A stretch of 55,543 nt of DNA, filler included, from Catajapyx aquilonaris (Eukaryota): NCBI GenBank assembly GCA_000934665.2. It is 4 parts of 4 records of this genome, joined end to end, with 100 filler letters (N's around TTAATTAATTAA, not from the genome) between each part and the next. Parts side by side here need not be neighbours in the genome. Positions count along the whole stretch, not along the records: positions 1 to 13,793 come from JYFJ02007984.1; 3 more parts are not named here. The stretch is one strand, 5' to 3'. Below the pieces are notes generated by a model. The model worked only from the letters and a program-made list of their open reading frames with translations. It had not been told where the DNA came from and did no database searches. The position numbers and the translations under genes were made by a program. Below, in pieces: positions 1 to 12,742 of the stretch (within the stretch, counting starts at the first letter, position 1; each line of letters starts with the position of its first letter).

Positions 1-332
1 GCGCTAATCCAGGCGAAGGTAGTAATGGTCATTGTCCGCTCGATTCTGGCTGAACGGTTACAGTTATCATAATATTGATAGAGTACTCTTCGATGCGACA
101 TATAATTACCGTCATGTTTAATGTCTAATTATTTTTCAGAAAATGAACGGTTAAAAAGATATAACAGAAAACCCTGTTTTTTCCGCCATTTTTCCAAGAT
201 GGCGGCCGTAATATGCCGGGTGGGAAATGGCGACAAGTCGATTTTGAAACTTCTCATTATTCTTAACAACATCCAACAAACAGATCAAAATTAACACGCA
301 ATATGAGCGAAAATACAAATCTGCCTGGACTA
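1..332. mobile_element. Terminal fragment of a probable Academ-like non-autonomous DNA transposon
   Basis: Ends ...CTGCCTGGACTA (reverse complement TAGTCCAG, resembling Academ termini) and carries CCGCCATTTT/AAGATGGCGG motifs. The partner end is not in the window. Confidence 0.35.
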
Positions 333-707
333 TCTCCTGAACAGTTGGGTAGAGTGGGGATACACTCTTCTTTTAATGCCACATTCATGTGGGACGACTA
401 TAATGGTTGTCCAATCAGTCCAAAGTATATGGCCCAAAACTTGTACCACAGGACCTTCACTCGTTTTGACACCTACAGGAAATTTTGGTTGGCAAGAACC
501 TTGGGGAGCATCCAAAAGGCAAAGGATCATTGTTGGTATGGAAAGTTCAACATTGCCCAATAAAATCTGATAGTCTACCATAGTTCAACAAATGCTTCTA
601 TCAACATGGTCTTTGTGGCTTGTGTAGTAGCTAAAGTACGTATGGGATACCATATAGGTATTTTGAATGGTTTGAAAAATTAATTATTTATAAAAATGAA
701 TAGTTAC

Positions 708-3700
708 CGATGCAGAAGAGGTGAGCAAGGCAGTCTGCAGAGGTTTCCCACTGATGTCCTGGAGAGTTAGAATCCTAGGTGTAGTCTGCTGGGACATCTC
801 GCTGGAGGGACTGAGCCTGGCCAAAGGTGTGCTGCTTTGAAGCATGCTGGAAGGGTGAGGGGGTAGTTGCTGGGGCTTTGGACTCTGGCGGAGGAGGGGT
901 CGTTGCTGCAGAGGTAGGGGAGGGCCCAAGGAAAACCCATGCCTATGGTGGCCAGGCTGAGGTGGTGGATGATGAGAGTGTTTGTGATGGTAGCCGGGAG
1001 GAGGAGGGGGATTGGAACCACCTGGAATTACTGTGGTTGGACTTGCACTGCCACGGTAGTTGCCTCGCAGGTTGCCATCCCGGTACCCCTTGTAATGGTA
1101 TACTACATCGATATCCGAGGGAGCAATGGAACTGGCATTCTCCAGGTCGTAATGCTCTGGAGGCTCCGACTCCAGGGCTGGGTTTGGATCTGATTCGCTT
1201 CGAAGTGCCCTGTCGATGATGTCTGGTCGTTGCTGCTCCTTCATCTTCTTGCCTGCATGTGGCAACTCCTGCAGGCAGTGCCCACGGATAACATCGTTTG
1301 TCATTTCGGCAAGTGCTTCTGACGTCAGGTTGCGGTCCATGGGTAGCAGGCTGGTGGGAGGGATGTGCTTTGGAGTCTGGCACGAAGGTGGCCCTGGTGC
1401 TGAAGTTGTCCCACTTCCGACGCTTGGGGTTGGCAGTGGAGGTGGCGGCGGTGTCTTTTCTCGCTTGTGACGTCGCAGTCTAAACACCAGAAAGCTGACC
1501 ATGATAGCGATCAAAAGGACTACAAAAAACACAATAACCAATGTCACTCCTATGCTGAGCGGGTCGGGTGCTGTTGCAGCAGACGTGACGCCAGTAACGC
1601 AGCCATCGGCAATGCGACCGTGATGGGACACATGGTCAGTGTCATTTAGAGACACAATCTCGCCATCAATTGTCACATTGGCAACACAGCCCTCAAGAGA
1701 AGCTCTACCTGGAGCCCCTCCAACAGTCAGGGATGTCAGGTATGCGTCTAAGAAATCGTGTACAGAAGCCACGTCTAGCTCTTCAGGCGACGGTGAGCCA
1801 TCAAGCTTAATAGAGACAGCATTTTCGCCTCGCGTCACCATGATAGTGTGCCAGTGACCATCAGCAATGCTACTGCCAACATCCATTTGGACTTCAGGGA
1901 TAGGTCCTTGTCGCGATGTATACCTTACCCTGCCTTCGTGTATCTCCAAGAGCGTCAGGTCATTGTTGGTTGCTGTTGCCACCAGAACACCCTCGGGGGA
2001 GACTGTACGGAACGACAAGGATAATGATTTCGACTGCGACGGTACCCTCAACAACTGGTTGCGACGATGTGCTTCGCCCAGATTAAATGCAACATAGGCC
2101 CCATCACGCAGTCCAATGGAACGCAATGCCATGTGGCAGTCATACGCCATTACATCCTGCTGACCATCCCCAGCAGGACATCGGCAGTGGTGACCTCCTC
2201 TGCGTCGTTCCTCGCACCTTCCACCAGAACAGGTGTCGACGGCACCACACCCACCCCACAGATGTGACGAGCATGGTGCAAGGCCAGTACCTCGGGACGA
2301 CACTGCAGATGTCAGCTCTAGAGGTCGACCAGACACCCAGACGCTGTGTAGGCATCCTTCAAAGTCATCCGATTGAACTTGGCCGTGCCTCTCGAGCACT
2401 GACTCAATCTCATCCAAGCCAACAATATACAGAGAACGTCCGTTGAAGTTGAGTGTTCCAGTTTGTCCAACTACGTCGGCATAACAGTCAGAGTCCGGGT
2501 CCGGCGAGCACTCACCGCACACTTGTCCGCCGTCAGTGCAGACTGAGGCAGACAGTGACGCTACGCGACCATTACGTGTTGCCGTCAGTCGATACCACCG
2601 TCCGTCTGACACGGTACGGCGCAGCGACACTGAGGCTATAGCCGTTCGGGCACCACCAAATGACAAAGTTGGTCGTCCGTCCCTCAGCTCCAGGGCGACA
2701 AAATCCGACCTACCGCCCACCTGGTCTCCATAATTGTACGCTAACAATGCAAACCTCCTCGTTGTTGCAAATAATATTGACAGATCGTTTGTTGTTGGAT
2801 CCAACGGCTGGAATGCCAGGTAGCCCAATGGTGCAATACCAAGTGCAGCATTCTGGCATTCAGTCCCCCAATACCCGTGCATGCAATGACATCGGTACCC
2901 TGGCTTGAGTCCCTCACACGAACCACCGTTGAGGCATGGGTTTGGTCTGCAAGCATCGGACGCTAACTCACATTTTTCGCCCAGGTATCCTGGACGGCAC
3001 AAGCAAAAGTATCCATCGCCGCTAGTGGCTTCCTGACATGTTCCGCCATTTTTACATGGGGAACCTCCACAAGCAGGGCTGCGTTCGCGTTCGCACCGCA
3101 TCCCAGACCAACCAATGGGGCAGGTGCATTCGTAAATGCCCACACTGGATCTGGCGCAAGATCCTCCATGCTCACATGGATTTGGACTGCATGGATCCTC
3201 CTTGCTTTCACAACGGGCCCCAGCATATCCGCGAGGGCAATCGCATTGCCACTCATGCCGTACCAATGGCGACGTCAGGATTAGTGAGGGTGTGTCTGTC
3301 ACTTGCGTTTGTCGATACACACGGATTGCCTCAGTACATGTACCACCATTTTGGCACTGCTCTACTATGCATGGGGTATACCCTGGTGTCACATCATGCC
3401 GGAGTTGGTTTTTGCGCAACAGTGCTATCACTTCTTCCTTTGTCATGTACCCGTCGTGGCGCCGTACCGCCATCGTCATGTCGACGTTGCTGTCAATAGT
3501 CAGCAATGAGAAGATGACGGGATAGCCGTCGTGAGGTAGCAGTACGTCTCTTATAGTCTCAGTCAGACTTCTGAATGTGCCTGTCTCTATCAGCTGCACC
3601 GCTGTCATGTTAGACACCCGCATTGTCATGCTATTGACGATGGTACGGTTGTCAATATTGTACATTTCGACAGAAAAGATCGACGTCACTTTTGGGTGCT

Positions 3701-4085
3701 GCCCATCACTCCCGGATACGCTGATTGTGACAGGTTGTTGAGCTGGAACTTGTGTAATGTGTAGGTCGCAACCAGATGGAATATTCCACCATGGATCGGC
3801 ACGCCCCACCAGCCTGCATTCATAATGTCCGGTGGTATCGGCATCCAAAGGGCGGACGTCAGCTACTTTCCCGGGTGGGATTCCGTTGAAGAAGTACACA
3901 ATAAGTCTAGCTGTCCGCGCTGTAGGTGGGCTATCGTTGCGATCTCTAACGATAATGGTCACCTGGTGCCGGGCACGAAGGCGAGGCTTTCCATTGTCCG
4001 AGACTTCCACCTCGATATTCAACTCTGGCGTACTTTCTCTGTCTAGTACACGAGTAGTACGTACCACCCCGCTGCTGCGATCCAC
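708..4085 (-). CDS. ft: Fat protocadherin, large internal exon: last cadherin repeat, EGF repeats, two LamG domains, TM helix, start of the intracellular domain
   Basis: AG acceptor at 4087-4086 and GT donor at 707-706, both phase 0. TM helix IGVTLVIVFFVVLLIAIMVSFLVF. Intracellular motifs EHYDLENASSIAPSDIDVVYHYKGYR and PLARLSPSSE...PRILTLQDISGKPLQ match Drosophila Fat/vertebrate Fat4 as recalled. The gene continues left of the window. Confidence 0.93.
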
Positions 4086-4130
4086 CTAACGAAAGGAAAT
4101 TATTAGTCTCCTCCCTTTGTACAGCATAAA

Positions 4131-4330
4131 GGGCCGTTTACACGAAGAAACAGTTTGGAAACTAGTTGAGTCCAACCTGAAAATACATGGGAAAGATAGG
4201 AAGTTGGGACCCAACCTGAAAACGCCCCAACCTTGGTCCCAAGCCATCTCAAAAGTTGGATGCTGGCTTGGTGGGAGGGGAGAGAAGCCAGTTGGAACCC
4301 AACTTGGACCCAACTAGTTTGCAACTATAA
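4131..4330. mobile_element. Degenerate palindromic MITE, possibly PIF/Harbinger-like
   Basis: Inverted repeat AAACTAGTTGAGTCCAA (~4159-4175) vs TTGGACCCAACTAGTTT (~4304-4320); left end GGGCCGTTTACAC. Confidence 0.45.
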
Positions 4331-4469
4331 AACACGCGCCATATGTACTGCAGAAAACCTATGGGACTGGCAATAACACCGATTGGAAGGAGTAACCTCC
4401 ATACCTCGAGGAAAATTATGCTCTTGTCTTCAATAAACTGTGGGACCGGATGTATGTGTTTTTACTGTA

Positions 4470-4640
4470 ACAGAACGAGAGAAGAACAGAGCGGCAACAC
4501 GGCGCCCGTTGCCCCCCCCACTCCCACCCCGTCCCACCCACACCCCCGTCCTTGGCAACCAGCCTATATTCCCTACTCTGAGGGTGGGAGTTGGGGGGCA
4601 ACGGGCGCCGCGTTGCCGCTCTGTTCTTCTCTCGTTCTGT
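4470..4640. mobile_element. Hairpin MITE with ~60-bp inverted arms
   Basis: ACAGAACGAGAGAAGAACAGAGCGGCAAC... is the reverse complement of ...GTTGCCGCTCTGTTCTTCTCTCGTTCTGT. No clear TSD. Confidence 0.6.
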
Positions 4641-5064
4641 CCGCTGTGTCTGTGTCCTTAGGGTCTCGTTTCGTGCAGCCTCACGTCCACAAAAACAGTC
4701 CCGGCGCACCCAAAAATCGTCAGCAGAGACATAGACAGTGGGCCTGTGGACCTACAAGCTCCTTTTTTGAATTTCGTCCTCCGACTCGACGCCCCTGTGG
4801 CAAATGCGTTTCCCATCCCAGATGCGGTGTTTGTGGGCCGATCCGGACCGGACCAAGACCGGAGGCAGCGCCGGTCACCCCTCCGTGCAACGCAAAAAAC
4901 CGCATGTCCGTACCTCCCATAGGAGCGAGGATATGTCGAACGAAGACGATCAATCCGCACCCGTTTTTCTCCTCGCTTTGCCTGAAAAGTGGCGCGAACG
5001 CCAGGTACCCGGCCCTCTTAATATCGAATATGAGGGGAAGAAGAAAAGAATAAATTTCCCCCGT

Positions 5065-5441
5065 AAATTAACCCGTAGTTATTTATGGCCGATATGGCCA
5101 TCGACGGAAACGTCGGAATCTCCCCTCGACGACTTGGGCACTGTCACACCCGTGCGACCCCCAGTTTGGCCGGAATGAATTTTCAGAGACAACCCTGCAC
5201 TCTGGACCCGTTGGGTTACAGCCCGCCAGATTCTCACCCTCCCAGAGGCTGTATGTCCCACTTTTTACCCTTATAATCGCTATTAAATTCTCCGGTAAAA
5301 TAAACCGTGGTTATTTATTGCCGATATGGACCTCGACGGCATCGTCGGAATCTCCTCTCGACAACGGGGGCACTGTCAAACCAGGGCGACCCCTAGATTG
5401 GCCGCAATGAATTTTCAGAGGTAACCCTGCGAGTGGACCCC
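5065..5441 (+). repeat. Diverged direct repeat, two ~145-bp copies about 232 bp apart
   Basis: GCCGATATGG...CGTCGGAATCTC...GGCACTGTCA...AATGAATTTTCAGAG occurs at ~5065-5210 and ~5297-5441. Confidence 0.75.
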
Positions 5442-5586
5442 ACTCCTCCTTGAGTCCGCTATGCCTCGCTCTCCCAGCGGCCAAACCAACCCATTCTGCC
5501 CGTGCCCGATCCGTCTCGGCCCGGCCCATAGCATGTATATTCGCCCAGAGGGGCAAGGAGAGGATGCAGGGGCGAACATAAGGAGA

Positions 5587-5628
5587 GAAGAAGAAGAAGA
5601 AGAAGAAGAAGAAGAAGAAGAAGAAGAA
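5587..5628 (+). repeat. (GAA)n microsatellite
   Basis: About 14 consecutive GAA units. Confidence 0.95.
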
Positions 5629-5639
5629 AACGGGTCGAA

Positions 5640-5901
5640 AATATATTTTGGCGTGACTAGACCAAAACCAAAAGGGTCACGTCGACCGCAAACTCGCAAA
5701 TTTTGTAGTCCTCAGGCTTGAAGTGCAAATGGCAGACGACGTCATGAACAGCCTGATCTCAGCCTGATCTCAAAGATTTCCAGTTCGTGAATCCACGCGT
5801 TTGATGGCAACTCGCCACTGTTTCCGAAGCGATGGGTTTTTGGGAAATTGATGGCCGGAAATGTCGCATCGGCAACTCGGTACACAACAGTACTGTGGCA
5901 T
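5640..5901 (-). pseudogene. THAP zinc-finger pseudogene, transposon-derived
   Basis: MPQYCCVPSC...HQFPKNPSLRKQWRVAIKR...GNL*. Removing one copy of the 11-bp tandem duplication AGCCTGATCTC (5750-5771) lets it continue DQAVHDVVCHLHFKPEDY, completing the C2CH THAP signature. Confidence 0.8.
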
Positions 5902-6095
5902 TTTGCTGGTTCGGACCTTTGCTTCGTACTGTCGCAGCAAGGTTCGAGCTTCATCTCCAACAGAAAGTGAACAGAAATCACATCTTGTATGGAAATGTAG
6001 ACGGGACAATACCAGTATTCACTCCTGACGATACTGAACTATAACTTTTCGCCCACTAGCGCCGCCCTACCGGTTAGTGCCTGAGCAAGCCCTAT

Positions 6096-7760
6096 TACGA
6101 TCAGCTAAACCAATTTTTGCATTTCGAACTCATTGTTTCCTGTGTGGGAATGAAATTCCGAAGAACTATGCTGCAAAACAAAAAAAAAGTCCATCTGCAC
6201 GTGACCCTGTCTATGTGGTGAGAACGATGCATGTGAGAGGTAATGTCATTAAGTGATGATTATTCCCGAGCCATTGAACACCGTTTAGAACCTGTTGAAG
6301 ACCTGGTTGCTGCTGATGGTCAATACCATCTGTCTTGTATGAAAAATTTCCTGATTCGCACACCCACTTACAAATCCAACATACCTGTCGGCCGGCCTTC
6401 ATCCTCTACCCATGCCCGATTGGAACCAATATACAACTATCTCGAGACCAATGACGAGGAATGTCAGTTCACAGCCGAGGACTTAATGAGTAAAATAGAA
6501 GGCGAGAATCTTCCTCATTGGAAGACAGTTGTTGCTCATCTAAAAGGTATGATGATGATATCTTCATTACACCAAAAAAAACCTACATTGTCTGTTTCAA
6601 AAATACAAGGTACAAAATTCTTACGGAATCCTGGTATAGAGATCAAAAAGCTACGTCAGTAGCCGAAGAACGACTTCTTATAGTTAGGGCAGCAGCGGCT
6701 ATAATCGTTGAAGATATACGCTCTCAAGTGTATGATTTGACAGAGTATCCTCCTCCAGAAGATTTTTTGAAACAGGCAAATGACCGAATACCCTCAACAC
6801 TCAAAACATTCATTGATGCACTGGTACTAAATAAGAAGCGAGGAGATTTGACACAATGGGAAAATAAATGCACAGCCATTGCTCATGCATTAATATCAGC
6901 CGTTAGGGCGAATTCATTCATTTCCTCCATATTGGTCGGCTTGTCAGCATCCTTATACAAGAAGTTTGGGTCCAAAAATTGATTGAGATCTTGTCCTCTC
7001 TAGGATTCAGTGCCAGTTACCTAGAAGCTGTCCGTTTTGAAACTTCTGCGATCATGAGGAAACCCTTGGCTGTTAATGGAAAACCTCTTTCCCAAATGGT
7101 CTACGATAACGCGGATTTTAATATGCAAACAATTGATGGGAGGAACACATTTCATGTCATGGCTGGTATCGTTTGTGTCACACCAAAATCCTGCATCGTC
7201 CCTGGTCAAAGTTTCCCTCGATTAAAAAAAATACCATCAGCAGCAGAAGTGGCCAGCATTGGAGCTGTTCCTCTTAATAAATTCATTTTTGGTTAATTGT
7301 CTATTTCTTTCTATTCGAGACCTATACTATGGATTCAATTTTGATTTCAGACCCACTCGGCGAGGGGCACAGATCCCGTGGACAGACTATGTAGGCTTCG
7401 AAAGTCTGAAATACGAAGATTTTGGATAACTTGAAAACTATGGTCAATCTTTAGCGCGCTCTAGCGGTCAGACGAAAAAAGCTAGCGGGCTGATTCTAGT
7501 CTTATTATTTAGGGAATTCTATAAGCTTTCATTTTGATAGAAAGTGATTCTTCTCTAGGATGCATCGTTTCGGAGTTATAAGCGGAAAACTAAAACAACT
7601 TCTGAAATTTTATGGTTTTTCGCAATTTTTATGGTGAAGTCATATCCGAATCTAGTCGATAACTGGATTTTCAGATTCAGCACCCCAAAAAACATATAGA
7701 TCCGTCGAGAAAAATTCTTCGGCAATTTTTTCCTGTCCAAACTACCAAATGACTGGAGTA
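6096..7760 (+). mobile_element. Truncated, frameshifted Academ-like DNA transposon with right terminus
   Basis: Fragments LRSAKPIFAFRTHCFLCG, DLVAADGQYHLSC and YDNADFNMQTIDGRNTFHVMAG lie in several frames (ORFs 6243, 6518, 6979). A non-coding subterminal region ends GACTGGAGTA at 7760. Superfamily is inferred from recalled motifs. Confidence 0.6.
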
Positions 7761-7769
7761 GTAACGTTG

Positions 7770-8226
7770 TACCTTTTTTCAAAAGTATTGCCGTGAGGAT
7801 TGAGCTATTTATCCCACTGAGACACTATAGGCATACAATGGCCTTCTGATACAAGTCTTTGGGTTGTTACTGGAACCCCATTCGAACCCCATCCTTCACT
7901 TCATCGTCCGTTTGGAATATATTGCATCTGCACAATGCCGCCTTCAGTTGACCAAATACGTGCAAGACACAGGGTGACAAGTCATTACTGTGGTGGGGGA
8001 GGTGGCTAATGACTTCCCACTTCAATTTCTGTATACGAGGTCTTGGATGGAATTTACAGTGTGGGGGCGGCAGGCATTCTCGTATGCAAGGATTGCGCTT
8101 GGACGGCACTTTCAGCGGGTCGCTTCCTTTTCGATCACGTCATGCGACGCCTGCTCCCTCTAACCTCACATGCACATGCGCATAATTTTCTTTAAGCTTC
8201 CAAGTTTATCCCTGCCAATCGGAGTA
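7770..8226 (-). mobile_element. Mariner relic, C-terminal transposase fragment
   Basis: WEVISHLPHHSNDLSPCVLHVFGQLKAAL...FQTDDEVK is a degenerate form of mariner WEVLPHPPYSPDLAPCDFHLFGPLK. Confidence 0.75.
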
Positions 8227-8313
8227 ATTGCCGGTCCCTTAGGTTTTCCACAATAAATATGGATCTTTTTTATTGACTGCACCTAGTATTTCAAAAATGT
8301 TATGATTACCCAC

Positions 8314-11300
8314 CTGGAAGAAGTCTCTGTGAGATCCGCCGACCAGCAGGTATGTGAAGGGTCCGCCATTCGGTGGCAAGTCTGCATCCTTGGCTTTCAA
8401 CACCATGACGGTAGTGTGTAGGGGCTCATTTTCAGGAACGTATCCAACCAGGCCACTCGCCTCGAAGGTCGGGGCATTGTCGTTAACGTCGTCAAGCACA
8501 ATCACAATTTGGGCTGTACCCGTCTGAGGTGGCGTACCCGTGTCAATTGCAGCCACCGTCAGTTTGTAGTTTGGAACAGACTCTCTGTCCAAAGCAGAAG
8601 ACGTAGAGACAGTCCCGGACACCGCATCCACTCGGAAGTCACGAGGTGCTTCTAGAAGAGAGTATGTGAACCTTGCGTTGCTAGGCCGCACGTCAGAGTC
8701 AACTGCACGTACTATGAGTACAGAAGTACCCAACGGTGCTGTTTCAGACACATGAGCTTCGTACCGGACATGCTCAAATTGCGGTGGATCATTGCCGTCC
8801 TGAACGGTAACAATTACCTGCGCTTCGTCAGTGTCGTTCCCACGTATGCTTCCAGCATTCTTGGCCAAGACAGTCAACACAATTCGGCTTTGAGACTCTC
8901 GGTCCAAACGTCGTCGTACCGTGAGTTCTCCAGTACGTGAATCGAGTGCGAACCCACGCTCATTGCTGGCTCCGACGAACAGGTAGAAAATATCTCCATC
9001 AGATCCTATGTCGCCGTCCGATGCTTGTACTGCACCAACACGGGTACCGATTCCTGCAGATTCAGAGACTGCCAGCTGGAAGGCTGCCTGAACGAAGCGA
9101 GGACGGAATTCGTTGACACCTGTCACGTGTACCTGTAATGTCGCCGCTCCATACAATCCCGAGTCTGGATTGGTGGCTACTACCTCGAGCAGATACAGCT
9201 GCTCTTGTTCATAGTCAAAGGACCGTCGAGCTGTGACATGACCCGTAGCTGCATCCACCGCAAACAGATCTCGTCCATTACCCCCAACAATGTCATAACG
9301 AATAATAGCGTTCTTGGCCGAGTCGACGTCCGTTGCTTGCAGCTGATACACTGTCACATTCGGGGAGGAATTTTCGGGCAGGTATGCATTAAACGTAGTT
9401 TGTGCAAATGTTGGTGCATTGTCGTTTACGTCAGTCAGAATGACAGTCAGCAATGCAGTGGTATTACGAGATTCATAAGCCATGTCACTGGCTGTGACAG
9501 TCAGGTGCCATTCAGGTTCAGTGTCAAAATCAAGTGGCGCAGCTATACGCACGGCTCCAGACCTAACGTCAAGTTTGAAGTGTCCATCACCACCCTCCAA
9601 CGCATACCACACGTCGCCATTTGGACCTTGGTCAGCATCAACAGCTGATACTGTTACTATGGTGGAGTTTAATGGTTCATTTTCAGGGACGATAACTCTG
9701 TACTTGGGCGCACTGAATACTGGCGAGTGGAGGTTATCCGTTGTCACTACTAGAGTCAGCTTGGCCTCATCCTGCTGGGGAGGAACTCCTTTGTCGACAG
9801 CCCGCAGCAACAACTGGAAGGTCTGTCGACGACCCAGCAATGGCGAAGAAGCTGTCACCCAGCCCGTGTCAGGGTCAACACTGAAGAGCTTGGTACCATT
9901 GCCACCAACAATCATATACTCAATCTGTGAGTTTGGACCGGCTTCATCGGCATCAGTAGCTTCGACCTTGAATACCACAAGCCCCACCTCAGCTCTTTCA
10001 GGTACCGGACTCATGTATTCCTTGCGCTCAAATTTGGGTGCATTGTTGTTTGCGTCAACAACAGTGATTGCCACAGTACATTCGGATGACAAAGGGGGTT
10101 TGCCATTGTCAGTGGCAACTACTACTAAGGAATACTGATTCTCGGGGCTGGGCCTCCGTCTGCTGCGCTTGTACGTCAGTGCTTGCTTGCTGAATATGTC
10201 CCCGCTGGCTGGGTCAACAGTGAACAAATCAGATGGATGCTTCAGCGAATAGGATAACGCAGCGTTAGGCCCAGCCTTGTCCCTGTCAGTGGCCACCACC
10301 TGCCCGACAAATGCAACGTTTCGGTCCGATTCCGCAACATGGAAACTATAATCACTGTGCTCGAATACTGGTGCATTGTCGTTCTGATCCTGAATTGTAA
10401 TGGTCAAAGGAGTCTCTGCTCTCCACGATCCATCCACTGCTGCAACCTTCAGTAGGAACTCGTCCTGCGTTTCTCTGTCTAGCAAACCAGCCACAGTCAC
10501 CCGTCCGGTCTGACTTTCGATTGCGAAGCGACGACCAGGATTCTCCGTGAAACTGTAGGTTGCATTCGCATTGATGCCGACATCACGGTCAACACTAGTT
10601 ACCTGAATGACAAATGCGCCCAACTCAGCATTTTCTGTCACATTTACACTGAACAGTCTGGTGAACCGTGGAGGATTGTCGTTCTTGTCGCCAACTGACA
10701 CAATCACAGTCGCTGTACCTGTGTTCCTTCTAGGTGCTCCTTGATCCACTGACTCGACCAATACTGTGTACATATCTCCCTGCTCCCGATCCAACCGCAT
10801 TGTGGTTCGCAACTCGCCAGTATCTGCGTCAACGGCGAATCCATCTGACACACCTTTACCAAGCTGGTATCGCACCTGGCCATTGTCACCGGAGTCAGCG
10901 TCAGTTGCACATAGTATTACCACCTGAACAGGTGGGGGTTCCTCCTCTGGTACCACAGCAGTATATATTCTAGATGCAAACACAGGTGCATTGTCATTGT
11001 CGTCTGTGATATTGACATACATCCTGGCCACCGCTGCCAACGACGGTTCGTCTGAGTCCCTGACTTCTATCCACAGTTCGTAACTGTGAACAGTTTCGTA
11101 GTCCAATGACGAAGCGAGTCGTATCTCTCCGGTGACGGAGTCCACATCGAAAGTCGTGCCAGTGTTTCCACCGCTAATAGCGTACTTGACCTTTCCTGAA
11201 GTTCCTGGCTTGGGGCTGGCTCCCTGCGCTCGTGTCACAGGCTGTAGTCTACTATTCTCAGGGAAGCTAAATTTGTCTTTCTCGAGTGAGACTCTCGGGA

Positions 11301-11561
11301 ACAACGCAGCAGGTGCAAGATTCACTTGCACATTTGCAGTAGCAGTCAGGCCTTCCGGAGCACCATCAGTATCAGCAGCCCGTACCTGAAAGTTATACGA
11401 TCCGACACGGCTTTGTAGGGAGGTTTTATGGGCTGTGACTATCACTCCATTGCTTGGATGCACGGAAAAGAGAGAGGCATCGTCGCCTAGGAGGGAATAT
11501 CGCACTGTGCTGAAGAGACCTTCGTCCGAATCAGAAGCTTCCATACCAACTACGTATTGGC
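8314..11561 (-). CDS. ft: Fat protocadherin, 3.25-kb exon with about ten cadherin repeats
   Basis: Repeated DxNDN.P, LDRE/LDYE and A.D.D motifs. Acceptor 11563-11562 (phase 1), donor 8313-8312 (phase 0). Splices FFQ|VDRSSG to the next exon. Confidence 0.93.
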
Positions 11562-11733
11562 CTGTAACATAAGAGGAAAAAGATATTACGATCGGTACTG
11601 CAATAAACTAGCCCAGAGGAATCATTCATATGAGACGTCACTACACTTGCCAGCAGAAAAATGGCTAGGGATCACATAGGGCATGTGCGATGCCTTCAAT
11701 GACCACTTGGAGAGTGAAATGGCGAGCTCTTAC

Positions 11734-12168
11734 CTGGTGCTGCTTCATCCGGTATGTAGACGACGTAGTTTTCCTTCAGAAAGGCCGGCACATTGTCATT
11801 CTCGTCAACCACCTTGAGCATCAGCGTTGCCGTTGAGGTGTGGGCACCTACAGGACTACCATCGCTAGCCATGACCCTCAGGCGATACTCTGCCATGTCC
11901 TCCCTGTCCAGCGGCGCCCTTGTGGTGACCACACCGGTGTCTTGGTCCACTTGAAATCTATCCGAGTCAGGTCCGTCCAAAGAGTATCGCACTTTGGCGT
12001 TGAGCCCTTCGTCTTTGTCTGTGGCCATGGTCCGGCACACTACCGTACCTCCAGGAGAATTCTCACGCACAGTCGATATGTACTCGGATCTTTCAAAATC
12101 CGGAGCATGGTCATTCACATCCTCAACCACCACCACCACTGTACCTGTTCCTGTCAGTCTCGGAGTAC
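11734..12168 (-). CDS. ft: Fat protocadherin exon, cadherin repeats
   Basis: GTPRLTGTGTVVVVVEDVNDHAP...DENDNVP. Phase-1 GT/AG junctions on both sides keep the frame (introns 11562-11733 and 12169-12240). Confidence 0.92.
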
Positions 12169-12240
12169 CTGCAGAAGATGAAATAACATGAGTCAGTCAT
12201 GCATAATGATAAATATGTTGTAATATCCAGCAGCACTGAC

Positions 12241-12742
12241 CAGTGTCCGTGGCAACCACGGTGAGTAAGTACGATGCTTGCACTTCCCTGTCCAGCGTCT
12301 TTTGAAGACTCAATATCCCCGATGTTGCGTTAAGCTTGAAGAGTCCCTTTTCTCCTCCATCTTTCAGCAGATATCGAACCTGGTTGAAAGGAGCAGCATC
12401 GGCGTCCGTGGCAGACACGGTCAGCAGGGGGGAAGGAAGTGTAGATGGTGATGCACCTTCCAGCACCCTGGCTTCGTAAGGAGAATCCACAAACACTGGT
12501 GCATTGTCGTTCATATCAGTCACCGCAATGCTAACGGTGGCGGTGTCGACACGTGCGGTCTGTCCGCAATCCTCCACCTGCACCGTTAGTACGTACTGGC
12601 TCTTACGCTCGTAGTTCAGGTTCTTCGACACTCGAATGACACCGGAGTCCTCGCCGATGCTCAAGTCTCGATTTGGGTCACCAAACACCACGGAGAAACG
12701 GACGCGACCATTCCTGCCTTCGTCGATGTCCGTTGCAGACAC
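12241..12742 (-). CDS. ft: Fat protocadherin exon, the most 5' exon present
   Basis: VSATDIDEGRNG...LNYE...DMNDNAP...LDRE; acceptor AG at 12744-12743. Upstream exons are not in this piece. Confidence 0.92.

Noticed and set aside
303..581. Short ORFs as the next Fat exon or a separate gene
   Set aside because: No Fat-like or other recognisable motif; they lie in intronic sequence overlapping a TE end.
4343..5721. 236-aa ORF and poly-Glu/poly-Ser ORFs
   Set aside because: They run through MITEs and the (GAA)n microsatellite and show no domain signal.
767..11389. Many plus-strand and off-frame ORFs over the Fat exons
   Set aside because: Antisense or shadow frames of GC-rich coding sequence.
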